DNA of 64,000 nucleotides, from NCBI GenBank assembly GCA_000960865.2, contig JZWU02000006.1:1-64000 (forward strand), given 5' to 3'. This stretch comes from Vulcanisaeta sp. AZ3 (GTDB lineage Archaea; Thermoproteota; Thermoprotei; Thermoproteales; Thermocladiaceae). The position numbers and the translations under genes are program-made. This document shows, piece after piece, positions 29,806 through 38,935 of this stretch. The notes beneath the pieces are model-generated. The model ran no database searches, was not told where the DNA came from, and worked only from the letters and a program-made list of their open reading frames with translations. The first letter of the stretch is position 1, and each line of letters starts with the position of its first letter.

Positions 29806-31581
29806 TTAATTATGTACATAAACAAAGACGCTTTCTGCTTCTCTGCCTATGAGCTTAACGAATCCATACCTCATAAATTGAATTATCTCACTAACATTAA
29901 CCTGCTTTATTGACGGTTCCGCAAGACCCTTATCCTCAATTATTCTCATGCCCTCGGGTCTCTTAACGATTATTGGTATGGAGTCTTTGGGAACCCACTG
30001 AATTATTGGTGCATTAACCTTCTTAGCGCTCTCTAAGTCTTTACTATGAATTCTAGCCGTTAAACCATTATTACTCTTATCCACGACCTCTATATTCACG
30101 AGTTCCATGAGCCTAATGATAGATCCAGGACTTGCCTTCTTAAAGTCGTCTTCGCCTATGAATAATTCAATCTCACCATTAACAGGCTCGAGCATTATCT
30201 CCCTAAAGCCACGCTCTGGGTATGATGGGTGCATAGGAAGTTTAGCCATGAGCTTCTCCTTAACCTCCTCCACTGTTACCCTTACGGGGTTTATCACTGC
30301 CATGTACCTATTAGCCCTTGGTTCTATTAACTTTCTATTCTCCGCAAAGAGGTTCTCTGGGGTTATCGTAGCATCGGTGGGCTTAATGCCTACCTGAAGC
30401 ATTACGCTCCAGATAGCCTCTGGCTGTATACCTCTATTTCTAAGTCCCGCTAGTGTTGGTAGTCTAATATCGTCCCATCTAATGCCCAGTGTCTTAAGTC
30501 TCGTCTTACTCAATGTCATACCTACTATCCTAAGTCTACCGAAGTGTATTGCCTCAGGTTGCTCCCAACCCATGTGCTTATAAATGAACGATTGCTTCAC
30601 AGTATTGACAGAGTGCTCTTGAGCCCTGAGGATGTGAGTTATCCCCATTAAGTGGTCATCCACAGATACGGAGAGGTTATAGGTTGGCCAAACAAAGTAC
30701 TTAGAACCAACCCTTGGATGCGGGTATTTCTCTGTATTTATTATTCTCATGGCAACCCAATCCCTAACACTCGGATCCGGATGCCTTAGGTCAGTCTTAA
30801 TCACCATCACCGCCTCACCCTCACCATAACCACCCCTAAGCATTTTATCAAAGAGCTCAAGGTTCAGGCTTGGATCAGCATCTCTATTCTTACAGGGTAT
30901 GCCTGTTATTCTTGATTTCTTCCAATCCTCGGGTGTACACTCAGTGCCCTTGGCAGCCACGTAGGCTCCTCCCCTCTCTATTATTTTCTTTGCAATGTCG
31001 TAATAAATCTCAATCCTATCTGATTGTATATACTCTTCATCCCAATTAATGCCCAACCACCTTAAATCCTCCTTAATTACATCATAAGCCTCAGGCATGG
31101 GTCTCTTAGTCCTAGGATCAGTATCCTCAAACCTAAGTATGAACCTAGCCCTCCGCCCTAATCCCTCATACTTAAGTTTATAGGCATAATTAATTATGGC
31201 AGGCCTCGCACTACCTAAATGCAACACAAAATCTGGGTTCGGCGCAAATCTAAGTGTTATGACCTCGTACTTATTATCGTTTGGTAATGGCGGTAAATCC
31301 TCAATACCCTTCCTATAAGACTCGACCCTCTTCTCCCCAAGAGCCTCAGGCCACTTACTCATTAATACACTCCTCTGCTCCTCAATACTTAGAGAGTTCA
31401 CGTAATCAATGACTTCTCTAACCACTTGAATTACATCTTTAGCGATGGACTTTAATGATGGATCCTCAGCAAATACCTTGGATACCACGGCATTAATATT
31501 GGCCTTCCCATTGAACTTCACCGCGTTGATCAACGCATGCCTTAGTGCAATTTCCCTAACCTTCTCCCTATCGATAGACAC
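29806..31581 (-). CDS. gltX: Glutamate--tRNA ligase (archaeal type)
   Basis: RFAPNP..LHLG (HIGH-like), LRFEDTDP, DDHLMGITH and LSK. Confidence 0.96.
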   Translation of the reverse strand: MSIDREKVREIALRHALINAVKFNGKANINAVVSKVFAEDPSLKSIAKDVIQVVREVIDYVNSLSIEEQRSVLMSKWPEALGEKRVESYRKGIEDLPPLPNDNKYEVITLRFAPNPDFVLHLGSARPAIINYAYKLKYEGLGRRARFILRFEDTDPRTKRPMPEAYDVIKEDLRWLGINWDEEYIQSDRIEIYYDIAKKIIERGGAYVAAKGTECTPEDWKKSRITGIPCKNRDADPSLNLELFDKMLRGGYGEGEAVMVIKTDLRHPDPSVRDWVAMRIINTEKYPHPRVGSKYFVWPTYNLSVSVDDHLMGITHILRAQEHSVNTVKQSFIYKHMGWEQPEAIHFGRLRIVGMTLSKTRLKTLGIRWDDIRLPTLAGLRNRGIQPEAIWSVMLQVGIKPTDATITPENLFAENRKLIEPRANRYMAVINPVRVTVEEVKEKLMAKLPMHPSYPERGFREIMLEPVNGEIELFIGEDDFKKASPGSIIRLMELVNIEVVDKSNNGLTARIHSKDLESAKKVNAPIIQWVPKDSIPIIVKRPEGMRIIEDKGLAEPSIKQVNVSEIIQFMRYGFVKLIGREAESVFVYVHN

Positions 31582-31632
31582 GCCACTGATTAATTATATT
31601 CCTTATAAAACATTATATCTAATGATAGATAC

Positions 31633-32865
31633 GTGAGAAAAATCTCACTCTTAATAGGGCCCATTGGCCAATTAGTCACTGCGAAATCCATGCCCTGGAA
31701 GTATGGTGACGATGCATTAATAATTGAGAATGCAGGTATAGCCGTAAATGGAGAGAACATAGTTGATGTAGGTCCTTGGAGTAAAATATCTAAGGAGTAC
31801 GAGGGTTCTCAAATAATTGATGCGAGTAATAGTCTTGTCACTCCGGGACTTATTGACCCGCACACGCACTTAATCTTTATGGGTAGTAGGGAGGATGAAC
31901 TTGAACTTAAACTTCAAGGTGTTTCATATGAGAAGATATTGAGAAGGGGTGGTGGTATTTATAGGACCGTCAATGCTACGGCGAAAGCCAGCGATGAGGA
32001 ACTCAAGAGACTATTAATTGGTAGGTTAATTAAGGCTGCTATGCTTGGTACAACAACGATAGAGGTTAAGAACGGGTATGGTATAGACCCAGAGCAGGAG
32101 ATTAGGCTCCTGAGGATAATAAACCAGGCTATGGTAGGTTCACCGATTGATGTGGTACCTACGTACTTAGTACATGTACCGCCTAGGGACATGGATAGGA
32201 ATGTTTATATTAAGTCCGTAATGTCCATGCTTGATAGAGTTAGGAGTCTGGCTCAGTTTGTGGATGTTTTTTGCGATGAGGGTGCCTTTACGGTTAATGA
32301 GACTAGGGAGATTATGAGGGTAGCAGTTAATCTCGGCCTTAGACTTAGGCTTCATGCAGATGAGATAATGTATATAGGCTGTAGTGACTTGGTTGGAGAG
32401 TTTAAGATATCGTCTGTCGATCATCTCCTAAACATGCCAGAGAAAAACGCCAAATTATTGGCTCAGAGCGGCTCTACTGCTACATTATTACCTGTAACAA
32501 TACTAACACTCATGACAAACAAGAGACCGCCAATCAAGGCACTTAGGGAGACCGGCGTACCAATAGCGCTAGGCAGTGACTTCAGTCCAAACACTTGGTC
32601 CTTAAGCATGCAGTATGTGATGGAGTTAGCCACGTACCTACTTGGCATGACACCTCTCGAGGCTCTCATGGCATCTACTGTTAATGCAGCCCACAGTCTT
32701 GAGCTTAAGGATAGAGGTATACTACAGCCTGGTTATTTAGCTGATATTATTGTCTGGGATGTGCCTAACTATAGGTGGTTGAGCTATGAACTTGGTAGGA
32801 ATAAGGTATTAACGGTAATAAAGAGGGGAAGAATTTTACGACCTACACAAAACACTACCGTATAG
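31633..32865 (+). CDS. hutI: Imidazolonepropionase
   Basis: PGLIDPHTH, GGGIYRTV, EVKNGYG, DVFCD.GAF, HADE and SDFSP. Confidence 0.95.
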   Translation: MRKISLLIGPIGQLVTAKSMPWKYGDDALIIENAGIAVNGENIVDVGPWSKISKEYEGSQIIDASNSLVTPGLIDPHTHLIFMGSREDELELKLQGVSYEKILRRGGGIYRTVNATAKASDEELKRLLIGRLIKAAMLGTTTIEVKNGYGIDPEQEIRLLRIINQAMVGSPIDVVPTYLVHVPPRDMDRNVYIKSVMSMLDRVRSLAQFVDVFCDEGAFTVNETREIMRVAVNLGLRLRLHADEIMYIGCSDLVGEFKISSVDHLLNMPEKNAKLLAQSGSTATLLPVTILTLMTNKRPPIKALRETGVPIALGSDFSPNTWSLSMQYVMELATYLLGMTPLEALMASTVNAAHSLELKDRGILQPGYLADIIVWDVPNYRWLSYELGRNKVLTVIKRGRILRPTQNTTV

Positions 32866-32923
32866 TTTTCCTTATAATCGCCAAAGCTTTATTAAGTGAT
32901 CACGGTCCTGTTAACAAGTCATT

Positions 32924-33358
32924 ATGGATATTGAATTGAATCCCGAGGAAGAGTATGCAATAATACCCCTGGAGATACTTGAGAGATTGATTCGTTACGC
33001 AACCGTAGTATGCCAGGAACATTGCCCAGCCGGTCGTGATCCAGCTACATGTCCATACATAGTAAGTATTACAAAGCAGCTAGGGCTCGGTGAACCACCA
33101 TGCATTAAGGATTATGGTGATTATAAGAAGGAGACATTTAGAGTCATGATTAGAGATTTAGAGCGTAAGTATGGTATGGACATTGAGGAATTTATAAACA
33201 TGGTAAGGAGAAGAAAGCCAAGAAGCCTTGAGGAACAAACAGATTTCATGGAGGCAACATTTTACCTAGGTGTTCTTAGAGAATTAGATAACTTGAGGAA
33301 TATATATGTGGCTAAGGGATCAGACATAAGCCTCAGAAGGGCTGTTGTGATTAAATAA
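32924..33358 (+). CDS. Hypothetical protein with a Cys cluster
   Basis: 144-aa ORF with CQEHC..C..C and LERKYGMDIEEF. Confidence 0.7.
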   Translation: MDIELNPEEEYAIIPLEILERLIRYATVVCQEHCPAGRDPATCPYIVSITKQLGLGEPPCIKDYGDYKKETFRVMIRDLERKYGMDIEEFINMVRRRKPRSLEEQTDFMEATFYLGVLRELDNLRNIYVAKGSDISLRRAVVIK

Positions 33359-34313
33359 CTACAAGTACTAATGAGAGAGCTGCGAGGCTTGTTACCAGGA
33401 ATAGTATGATGATGTCACGCACAACCTCCCTCTCAGTCTTAGGCCTTTTAAGGACCATAAGCTTAACGAGGGTTATTGGAGAGCCCGGTGTAGTATTAGC
33501 ATGTATTACGCCGTCATTCACAATCACGGGTCTCTTAAGTGCCTCCTTGGGCTTGAAGCCCCTAGCTGTTATGACTATTAGGAAACCATTTATTATGTAT
33601 GGAAGTGCTGCAATAACACCTTGTGTACCTGCATTATACAGTACCATGAATGCGCCCATCATAGCACCCAAGGCATAACTACCCACATTACCATTAAACA
33701 CCTTAGCTGGGTACCAATTGTATGCGGCAAGTGGTAAGATCGTGAGCAGGAGGACTATTGTGACGGGTAGGGCATAGCTAAAACCAGCTAGGTAGGAGAT
33801 AACACCACTCACTGTTATTATCATTAGGGTTGATGTTGGTACTATGCCATTCATTACGTCAAGCATGTTTGCAGCATTCGCCATCACAGTCACGGCTAGC
33901 ATTGATAGGGCTGCAACCACGAAGAAATTATGTACATGGCCAATGAGGAGTATATATATGTATTCATGAACTACCACAGGTATTATGAGAGCTGGTATTA
34001 AAGGTAGAAATACTCTAATACTCACGGGAAGACCCCTTAAATCATCAATGAGACCTATTAGTCCTACTGTTATTGTTACAAGCCCCAGAGCAAGTAATCT
34101 CCAATCGCTTAGTATATATGCATATATTGTGATGAAGACCATAGATACTAATACCGAGACACCACCAATTTTTGGTATCATTACTCTATACGATTTATGC
34201 ACATCAGGTGCTACAAGCCTTGGGTTTCTTACACGTGAGATTATGTATACTGTTATTAATGATAGTATGAAGGATATTATCGCCAGTACTATGTAATTGT
34301 AATTAATTATCAT
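33351..34313 (-). CDS. Glycosyltransferase family 4 (UDP-GlcNAc:dolichol-phosphate GlcNAc-1-P transferase, AglH-like)
   Basis: DVHK, PKIGG, GLIDD, NAANMLDVMNG and NWYPAKVF.GNVG; multi-pass membrane protein. Confidence 0.88.
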   Translation of the reverse strand: MIINYNYIVLAIISFILSLITVYIISRVRNPRLVAPDVHKSYRVMIPKIGGVSVLVSMVFITIYAYILSDWRLLALGLVTITVGLIGLIDDLRGLPVSIRVFLPLIPALIIPVVVHEYIYILLIGHVHNFFVVAALSMLAVTVMANAANMLDVMNGIVPTSTLMIITVSGVISYLAGFSYALPVTIVLLLTILPLAAYNWYPAKVFNGNVGSYALGAMMGAFMVLYNAGTQGVIAALPYIINGFLIVITARGFKPKEALKRPVIVNDGVIHANTTPGSPITLVKLMVLKRPKTEREVVRDIIILFLVTSLAALSLVLVVI

Positions 34314-35191
34314 AGGTTCCGCCTATACCAATCAATCGTCGCCTTTAAGCCACTGATTAAGTCATACCTTGGTTTAAAGCCTAGCATATTCATTGCCTTC
34401 TTAATGTCTGGATAACTCCTAAAGGGCTCTGTCGTCTGTGGTTGGACCTTAATACTTGATTTAAAACCTACTAGATCTACTATGAGCTTTGCCAAGTCAA
34501 GTATTGATGTCTCAATGCCAAGCCCAATATTAAAGGCTTGACCAACAGCCTCGTTTTTCCTTAATGCCAATTCCGTGGCATCGCAGAGGTCCTCTATATA
34601 GAGGAAGTCAGTCGTATCAACACCACCATTGTTAACCACGAGCTCCTCGCCCTTAAGTGCCTTATTTACGAATATACCAACAACACCGTTATCGTACGGA
34701 CCATAGGGCTTCCAAAGCCTGAATATTGATACAGGAACTCCATGCGTTACGTAGTAAGACATAGCAGCTGCTTCAGCAGCTACTTTACTCCAACCATAGC
34801 CCTCAAATGGCCTTAATGGATAATCCTCAGTAACCGGAAGTTGTGTAGGCTTTCCATAAACATTTGATGTTGAGTATAATATAAACCTCGAATTTAACAT
34901 TCTTGCAAGTTCTAGCATATTTATTGTACCAACCACATTAACATCCAAACCCCTAAGAGCACCTGCATTAGTAAACGACCTCGGGTTTGGGAAAGCAGCT
35001 AAGTGAATTATGGCATCGAAACCCTCCCTGGACAGCCCTAGAACATCCTCTCTTCTCGTCACATCAATAATATAATCAGTAGTCTCCGCCTTAGTTATAT
35101 CTAGGCCATGAGTGTCATAACCCCTAGTCCTCATGCAATTAACCAAGTTCCTCCCAAGAAACCCTGAGGAACCACTTATTAGTATTCTCAT
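34310..35191 (-). CDS. NAD-dependent nucleotide-sugar epimerase/dehydratase
   Basis: SGSSGFLG, IHLAA, YGWSK (YxxxK) and YGP. Confidence 0.92.
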   Translation of the reverse strand: MRILISGSSGFLGRNLVNCMRTRGYDTHGLDITKAETTDYIIDVTRREDVLGLSREGFDAIIHLAAFPNPRSFTNAGALRGLDVNVVGTINMLELARMLNSRFILYSTSNVYGKPTQLPVTEDYPLRPFEGYGWSKVAAEAAAMSYYVTHGVPVSIFRLWKPYGPYDNGVVGIFVNKALKGEELVVNNGGVDTTDFLYIEDLCDATELALRKNEAVGQAFNIGLGIETSILDLAKLIVDLVGFKSSIKVQPQTTEPFRSYPDIKKAMNMLGFKPRYDLISGLKATIDWYRRNL

Positions 35192-35243
35192 CGATTCTCC
35201 GTTATCAAGCCATCTTATATTAATTACCTTACTCTCAAGGCTC

Positions 35244-36335
35244 TCACGGTTTACTTGTAGATCGCTCTCGGGACTTATTAACTAGTCTCTTTATTTCACG
35301 TATAATGAGGCTGGTAGGATCCTCCATCTTACTTAGTATAGGATTTGTATCCACATGCTCAATATCCGAGTCTAACACCTTATTTAATACATTAATACAA
35401 TCCTCATTAGCACACCTATAGAGGGGTAATCCATTACTAATCAAGTAATCATCAAGATAATAATGCTGCGGAAAATAACTAATAGCTGGAGTGCCTAATA
35501 AGGATGCTTCATGGGCCATTGTTGAGCCTCCCGTAATAACGAGCCTTGCATGCCACGATAAGTCTAAGCCATCGAGCTTCAAACCCCTGGGTATTATTAA
35601 TCTACCAAGCCTCATATAGAAACCTAGTTCAGATTTAACAAGTTCCTCCTGATATGAATATCTCGGGAATAACACCACCGAGTAACCTCTCTCGAGTATG
35701 TTCTTAGCCATTCTAATCAACAACCCTGATTTATCGCCGAAATCATAGTAAGAAGCCCTAGCCTCCTCAAATCTAATAATAACGAAACTCCTACTTCTAA
35801 GACCAAGCTTACTTAATGTCTCACCCGTTGGCTTAAACCTGCTTATCCACATAAGCTCGAAGACGCCATTAAACACCTTAACCTTATCAATCTCAGCACT
35901 AGGTATATAACGACCCCACTCATCCATTGGAATTGCCGAAGGCGCAATTACTGAGTCAGCCAGCGGAAGTGCCAGTTTATTTACAAAGTATGAATGCACA
36001 GTATCCGTCAACGCCACTATAGGTTTCCCAAGACCAAAAGCAACCCTAATTGCATCAGGTGACGTTAGAGATACATGTATATCGAAATCCCTAACCACAT
36101 CAAGCAATGCTAACTGCCTCTCAATACCCCTAACTAACTTTTCCCTCGCACTCTCTCCATGCTGGCCAACGCATTGGTAATGCATGTTAAACATATCTAG
36201 AACCTCCTCAATATAGTCATACTTCCTACAAGTGATTATGAAGTTGATACCCTCCTTCTTACCCTCAATGCTAAGAATTGCCGCTATCCTTGCCTGCTTA
36301 GCAGTTAATGCATCAAACCAAGCCTTAATTGACAT
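35244..36335 (-). CDS. DUF354-like GT-B fold protein
   Basis: WFDALTAKQ, SPDAIRVAFGLG, RFEEARASY and GGSTMAHEASLLGTP. Confidence 0.8.
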   Translation of the reverse strand: MSIKAWFDALTAKQARIAAILSIEGKKEGINFIITCRKYDYIEEVLDMFNMHYQCVGQHGESAREKLVRGIERQLALLDVVRDFDIHVSLTSPDAIRVAFGLGKPIVALTDTVHSYFVNKLALPLADSVIAPSAIPMDEWGRYIPSAEIDKVKVFNGVFELMWISRFKPTGETLSKLGLRSRSFVIIRFEEARASYYDFGDKSGLLIRMAKNILERGYSVVLFPRYSYQEELVKSELGFYMRLGRLIIPRGLKLDGLDLSWHARLVITGGSTMAHEASLLGTPAISYFPQHYYLDDYLISNGLPLYRCANEDCINVLNKVLDSDIEHVDTNPILSKMEDPTSLIIREIKRLVNKSRERSTSKP

Positions 36336-36508
36336 AGTAAACCTTTGGAGATTAATTTAATCCCTTAAATTCATTATCATTATATTTAACCCATTAATAG
36401 CCTCAGCACCATTACCGTAAAACCAATAACCATAATATAGATAATGAAAATTCAGGCTAAACTTTGAATAAAAATGATAAAATTTAACCTAATATGTTAA
36501 AGCAAGGA

Positions 36509-36706
36509 CTAGCCCTTAATACGCATTGAGATTGGTGATTTACTCAACGGACTTAAGCATACAGGGCATCTATAGCCCCATTGCCTAAGTACCTCATCAA
36601 TACTCTTTAATTGCTGGTCGTGATAAAGTACGAAGCCACAACTATGGCACTTAATAATCACTGGCACAGCAAGCTCTTTGCTCGGCATATTTATAAGTAT
36701 TGTCAT
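36509..36706 (-). CDS. Small zinc-ribbon protein
   Basis: CHSC...CPVC; the true start is probably a few codons downstream. Confidence 0.75.
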   Translation of the reverse strand: MTILINMPSKELAVPVIIKCHSCGFVLYHDQQLKSIDEVLRQWGYRCPVCLSPLSKSPISMRIKG

Positions 36707-36776
36707 TAGCTTAACAGATAATCGTTATTGTATTGATTCATGAAATATCTAAGTAAATATCACTTTCCGAAACCCA

Positions 36777-37394
36777 TTATGATACCTTCATGATTCCTAC
36801 AGATACCGAGGCTAATCCCATATATACATATACCAAACTATCTAACTCATCTGCTGATAGGTATGGATACCTACTCCTAAACCAAGTCTTCTTATCATTG
36901 ACAACACTCTCATCAATAATCTTAATCCTAACACTTGATGAATTATTCAAGGATTTAAGTAGATCATTAAGTAAATTCGAAATACCCGGACTTGTACCTA
37001 CGATTAGGTTTATTGTTGAGTACTTGGATAATTTCTTCAGTAGCTTCATGAGCCTTGTGAAGCTGAGCGTTATGTGCATTATTGGCGTGTCTCCCATGAG
37101 TATTACAATACCACATCTTGATTTACCAATGTCTACACCAACATTTAATTCCCCAAGCCCTAAACCCTTAACAAATGCTTCCACCACACCGTCAATACTC
37201 CCATCATTCAGTAGGTAGGTTCTTGGACAGTGCACTAGGTCTGCCATGTACTTCTCAACAAATACTAAATCAAGGCCTTGGCATTCGTCTTCACGATCAA
37301 TGTACCTTAATCCAACATTATCTAAGAAAATCAATTCTCTAAGTAAATTCCAGGTGGATGACTTACCAGCAAAGCCCAGATTAAGAACACCCAC
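36777..37394 (-). CDS. Hypothetical protein with a YqgF/RuvX-like RNase H-fold C-terminal domain
   Basis: VGVDIGKSRCGIVI, IKIIDES and ADELDS resemble YqgF-family acidic motifs. Confidence 0.6.
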   Translation of the reverse strand: MGVLNLGFAGKSSTWNLLRELIFLDNVGLRYIDREDECQGLDLVFVEKYMADLVHCPRTYLLNDGSIDGVVEAFVKGLGLGELNVGVDIGKSRCGIVILMGDTPIMHITLSFTRLMKLLKKLSKYSTINLIVGTSPGISNLLNDLLKSLNNSSSVRIKIIDESVVNDKKTWFRSRYPYLSADELDSLVYVYMGLASVSVGIMKVS

Positions 37395-37448
37395 CAGGCT
37401 TGAATTAAACTGTAGATATTATAAATCTTACATGCATAAACAATATAA

Positions 37449-38402
37449 ATGGATATAATACCAATAGCCGAGGAAAGTCTAGGGGTTAGGTCAATGGCTA
37501 TGTTCGTCAAAACAAGGGACTTATCAATGCTCCTTGATCCAGGCATTAGCCTATCGCCAAATCGCTTCGGGCTCCCACCACACCCCAAGGAATTAGAAAG
37601 GGTAAGAACGCTGAGAAGTGTTCTGGAGAGTTATGCAGAGAGAGCTGATTATGTATTCATAAGTCATTATCACCGTGACCACTTCACAGTACCTTATGCA
37701 AGCATCTACATGGGTACTGAGGAAGATAGTTATAGGAGAATATACATGGGTAAGACAATACTAATGAAATCACCCAATGACGTTAATTGGAGCCAGAAAA
37801 GAAGGTATTATGGACTTAAGAAGGCAATTGAGAATATTGCAAAAGAACTCATTTTTGCTGACGGTAAGGAGTTGATGGTAGGCTCAACTAAGCTCACAAT
37901 TTCGCCTCCACTATTCCATGGTGAGGAAAATGCTAAAACGGGTAAGGTAATTGCAATAACAATTGAAGAAAATAGTGAGAGACTCACCTTCATGCCTGAT
38001 GTTGAAGGTCCCGTGACTGAGCTCGCCGTTAATTACATAATGAACATGAAATCTCAAACGCTCATTGTTGGCGGGCCACCGCTCTATTTAAAAGGTAGGA
38101 TCTATAAGGATGATTATTTTAATAAGGCATTGGATAACCTCATTAACATTATTAAGGCTGGGTTTCTCAGGAAATTGGTAATTGCACATCATACTCTAAG
38201 GGATTTGAATTGGAGGGATGATGTGAAGACCCTATTTAACGAGGCTGACAAGTATGGAGTTTCAGTATTATCATATGCTAATTTACTTAATAGAAACGAT
38301 GAGCTACTAGAGGCCATGCGTAAGGAACTTTACCGCGTTGAACCACCCCCTAAGGATTACTTGGAACAGTTCAAGAGGGTTAAAGAGAGGGATGAGGATT
38401 AA
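37449..38402 (+). CDS. Metallo-beta-lactamase-fold hydrolase (UPF0282-like)
   Basis: ESLGVRSMA, SHYHRDH, HG, DVEGP and HHTLRD. Confidence 0.88.
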   Translation: MDIIPIAEESLGVRSMAMFVKTRDLSMLLDPGISLSPNRFGLPPHPKELERVRTLRSVLESYAERADYVFISHYHRDHFTVPYASIYMGTEEDSYRRIYMGKTILMKSPNDVNWSQKRRYYGLKKAIENIAKELIFADGKELMVGSTKLTISPPLFHGEENAKTGKVIAITIEENSERLTFMPDVEGPVTELAVNYIMNMKSQTLIVGGPPLYLKGRIYKDDYFNKALDNLINIIKAGFLRKLVIAHHTLRDLNWRDDVKTLFNEADKYGVSVLSYANLLNRNDELLEAMRKELYRVEPPPKDYLEQFKRVKERDED

Positions 38403-38591
38403 TTAGCGTACACGTACCTTATTAACCTTCTTATTCTGCCATGCATAACGCCTAATCCTCTTCGACCTACCCCAACCACAAGCTGCGCAATAGCCCTTAA
38501 CGGGATTATATGCATGTCTACCACACCTAGGGCATCTAATATGCGTCCAATCCTTATTCATCCTACCGAAACTCGGCGTACCCTTAACCAT
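38403..38591 (-). CDS. rpl37e: 50S ribosomal protein L37e
   Basis: [22 protein letters not shown]. Confidence 0.97.
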   Translation of the reverse strand: MVKGTPSFGRMNKDWTHIRCPRCGRHAYNPVKGYCAACGWGRSKRIRRYAWQNKKVNKVRVR

Positions 38592-38698
38592 CTAACCTCA
38601 AGGACCTGAGTGACTATAGGCTTAAAAATTTTAACTCCTTAAACCATCCACCTCTGCTAAGGATTAACCTTATAAAATAAGGCCCATTCATTGCCTCA

Positions 38699-38935
38699 AT
38701 GCCTGCACGCTGTATGGAGATTATTAATGAGGAGCTACAGAAAAACCTTGGTAGGGTGATACTTGTGAAGTTAAGAAATGGTGACGAAATCAGAGGAGTC
38801 CTCGTCGGCTACGACTCTCACCTAAACCTACTCCTCACAGATACAGAGGAGGTTAATCCTAAGGGCAGTGTTAAGGTCGGCACAATGATAATTAGGGGAG
38901 ACACAATACTATTCGTAAGTCCCTCGACTACCTAA
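38699..38935 (+). CDS. Sm-like (LSm/SmAP) RNA-binding protein
   Basis: Sm1 (GVLVGYDSHLNLLL) and Sm2 (IIRGD) motifs. Confidence 0.95.
   Translation: MPARCMEIINEELQKNLGRVILVKLRNGDEIRGVLVGYDSHLNLLLTDTEEVNPKGSVKVGTMIIRGDTILFVSPSTT

Noticed and set aside
36790-37588. Overlapping ORFs 36790-37218 (+), 37246-37458 (+) and 37331-37588 (-)
   Set aside because: Shadows of better-supported genes, with no motifs of their own.
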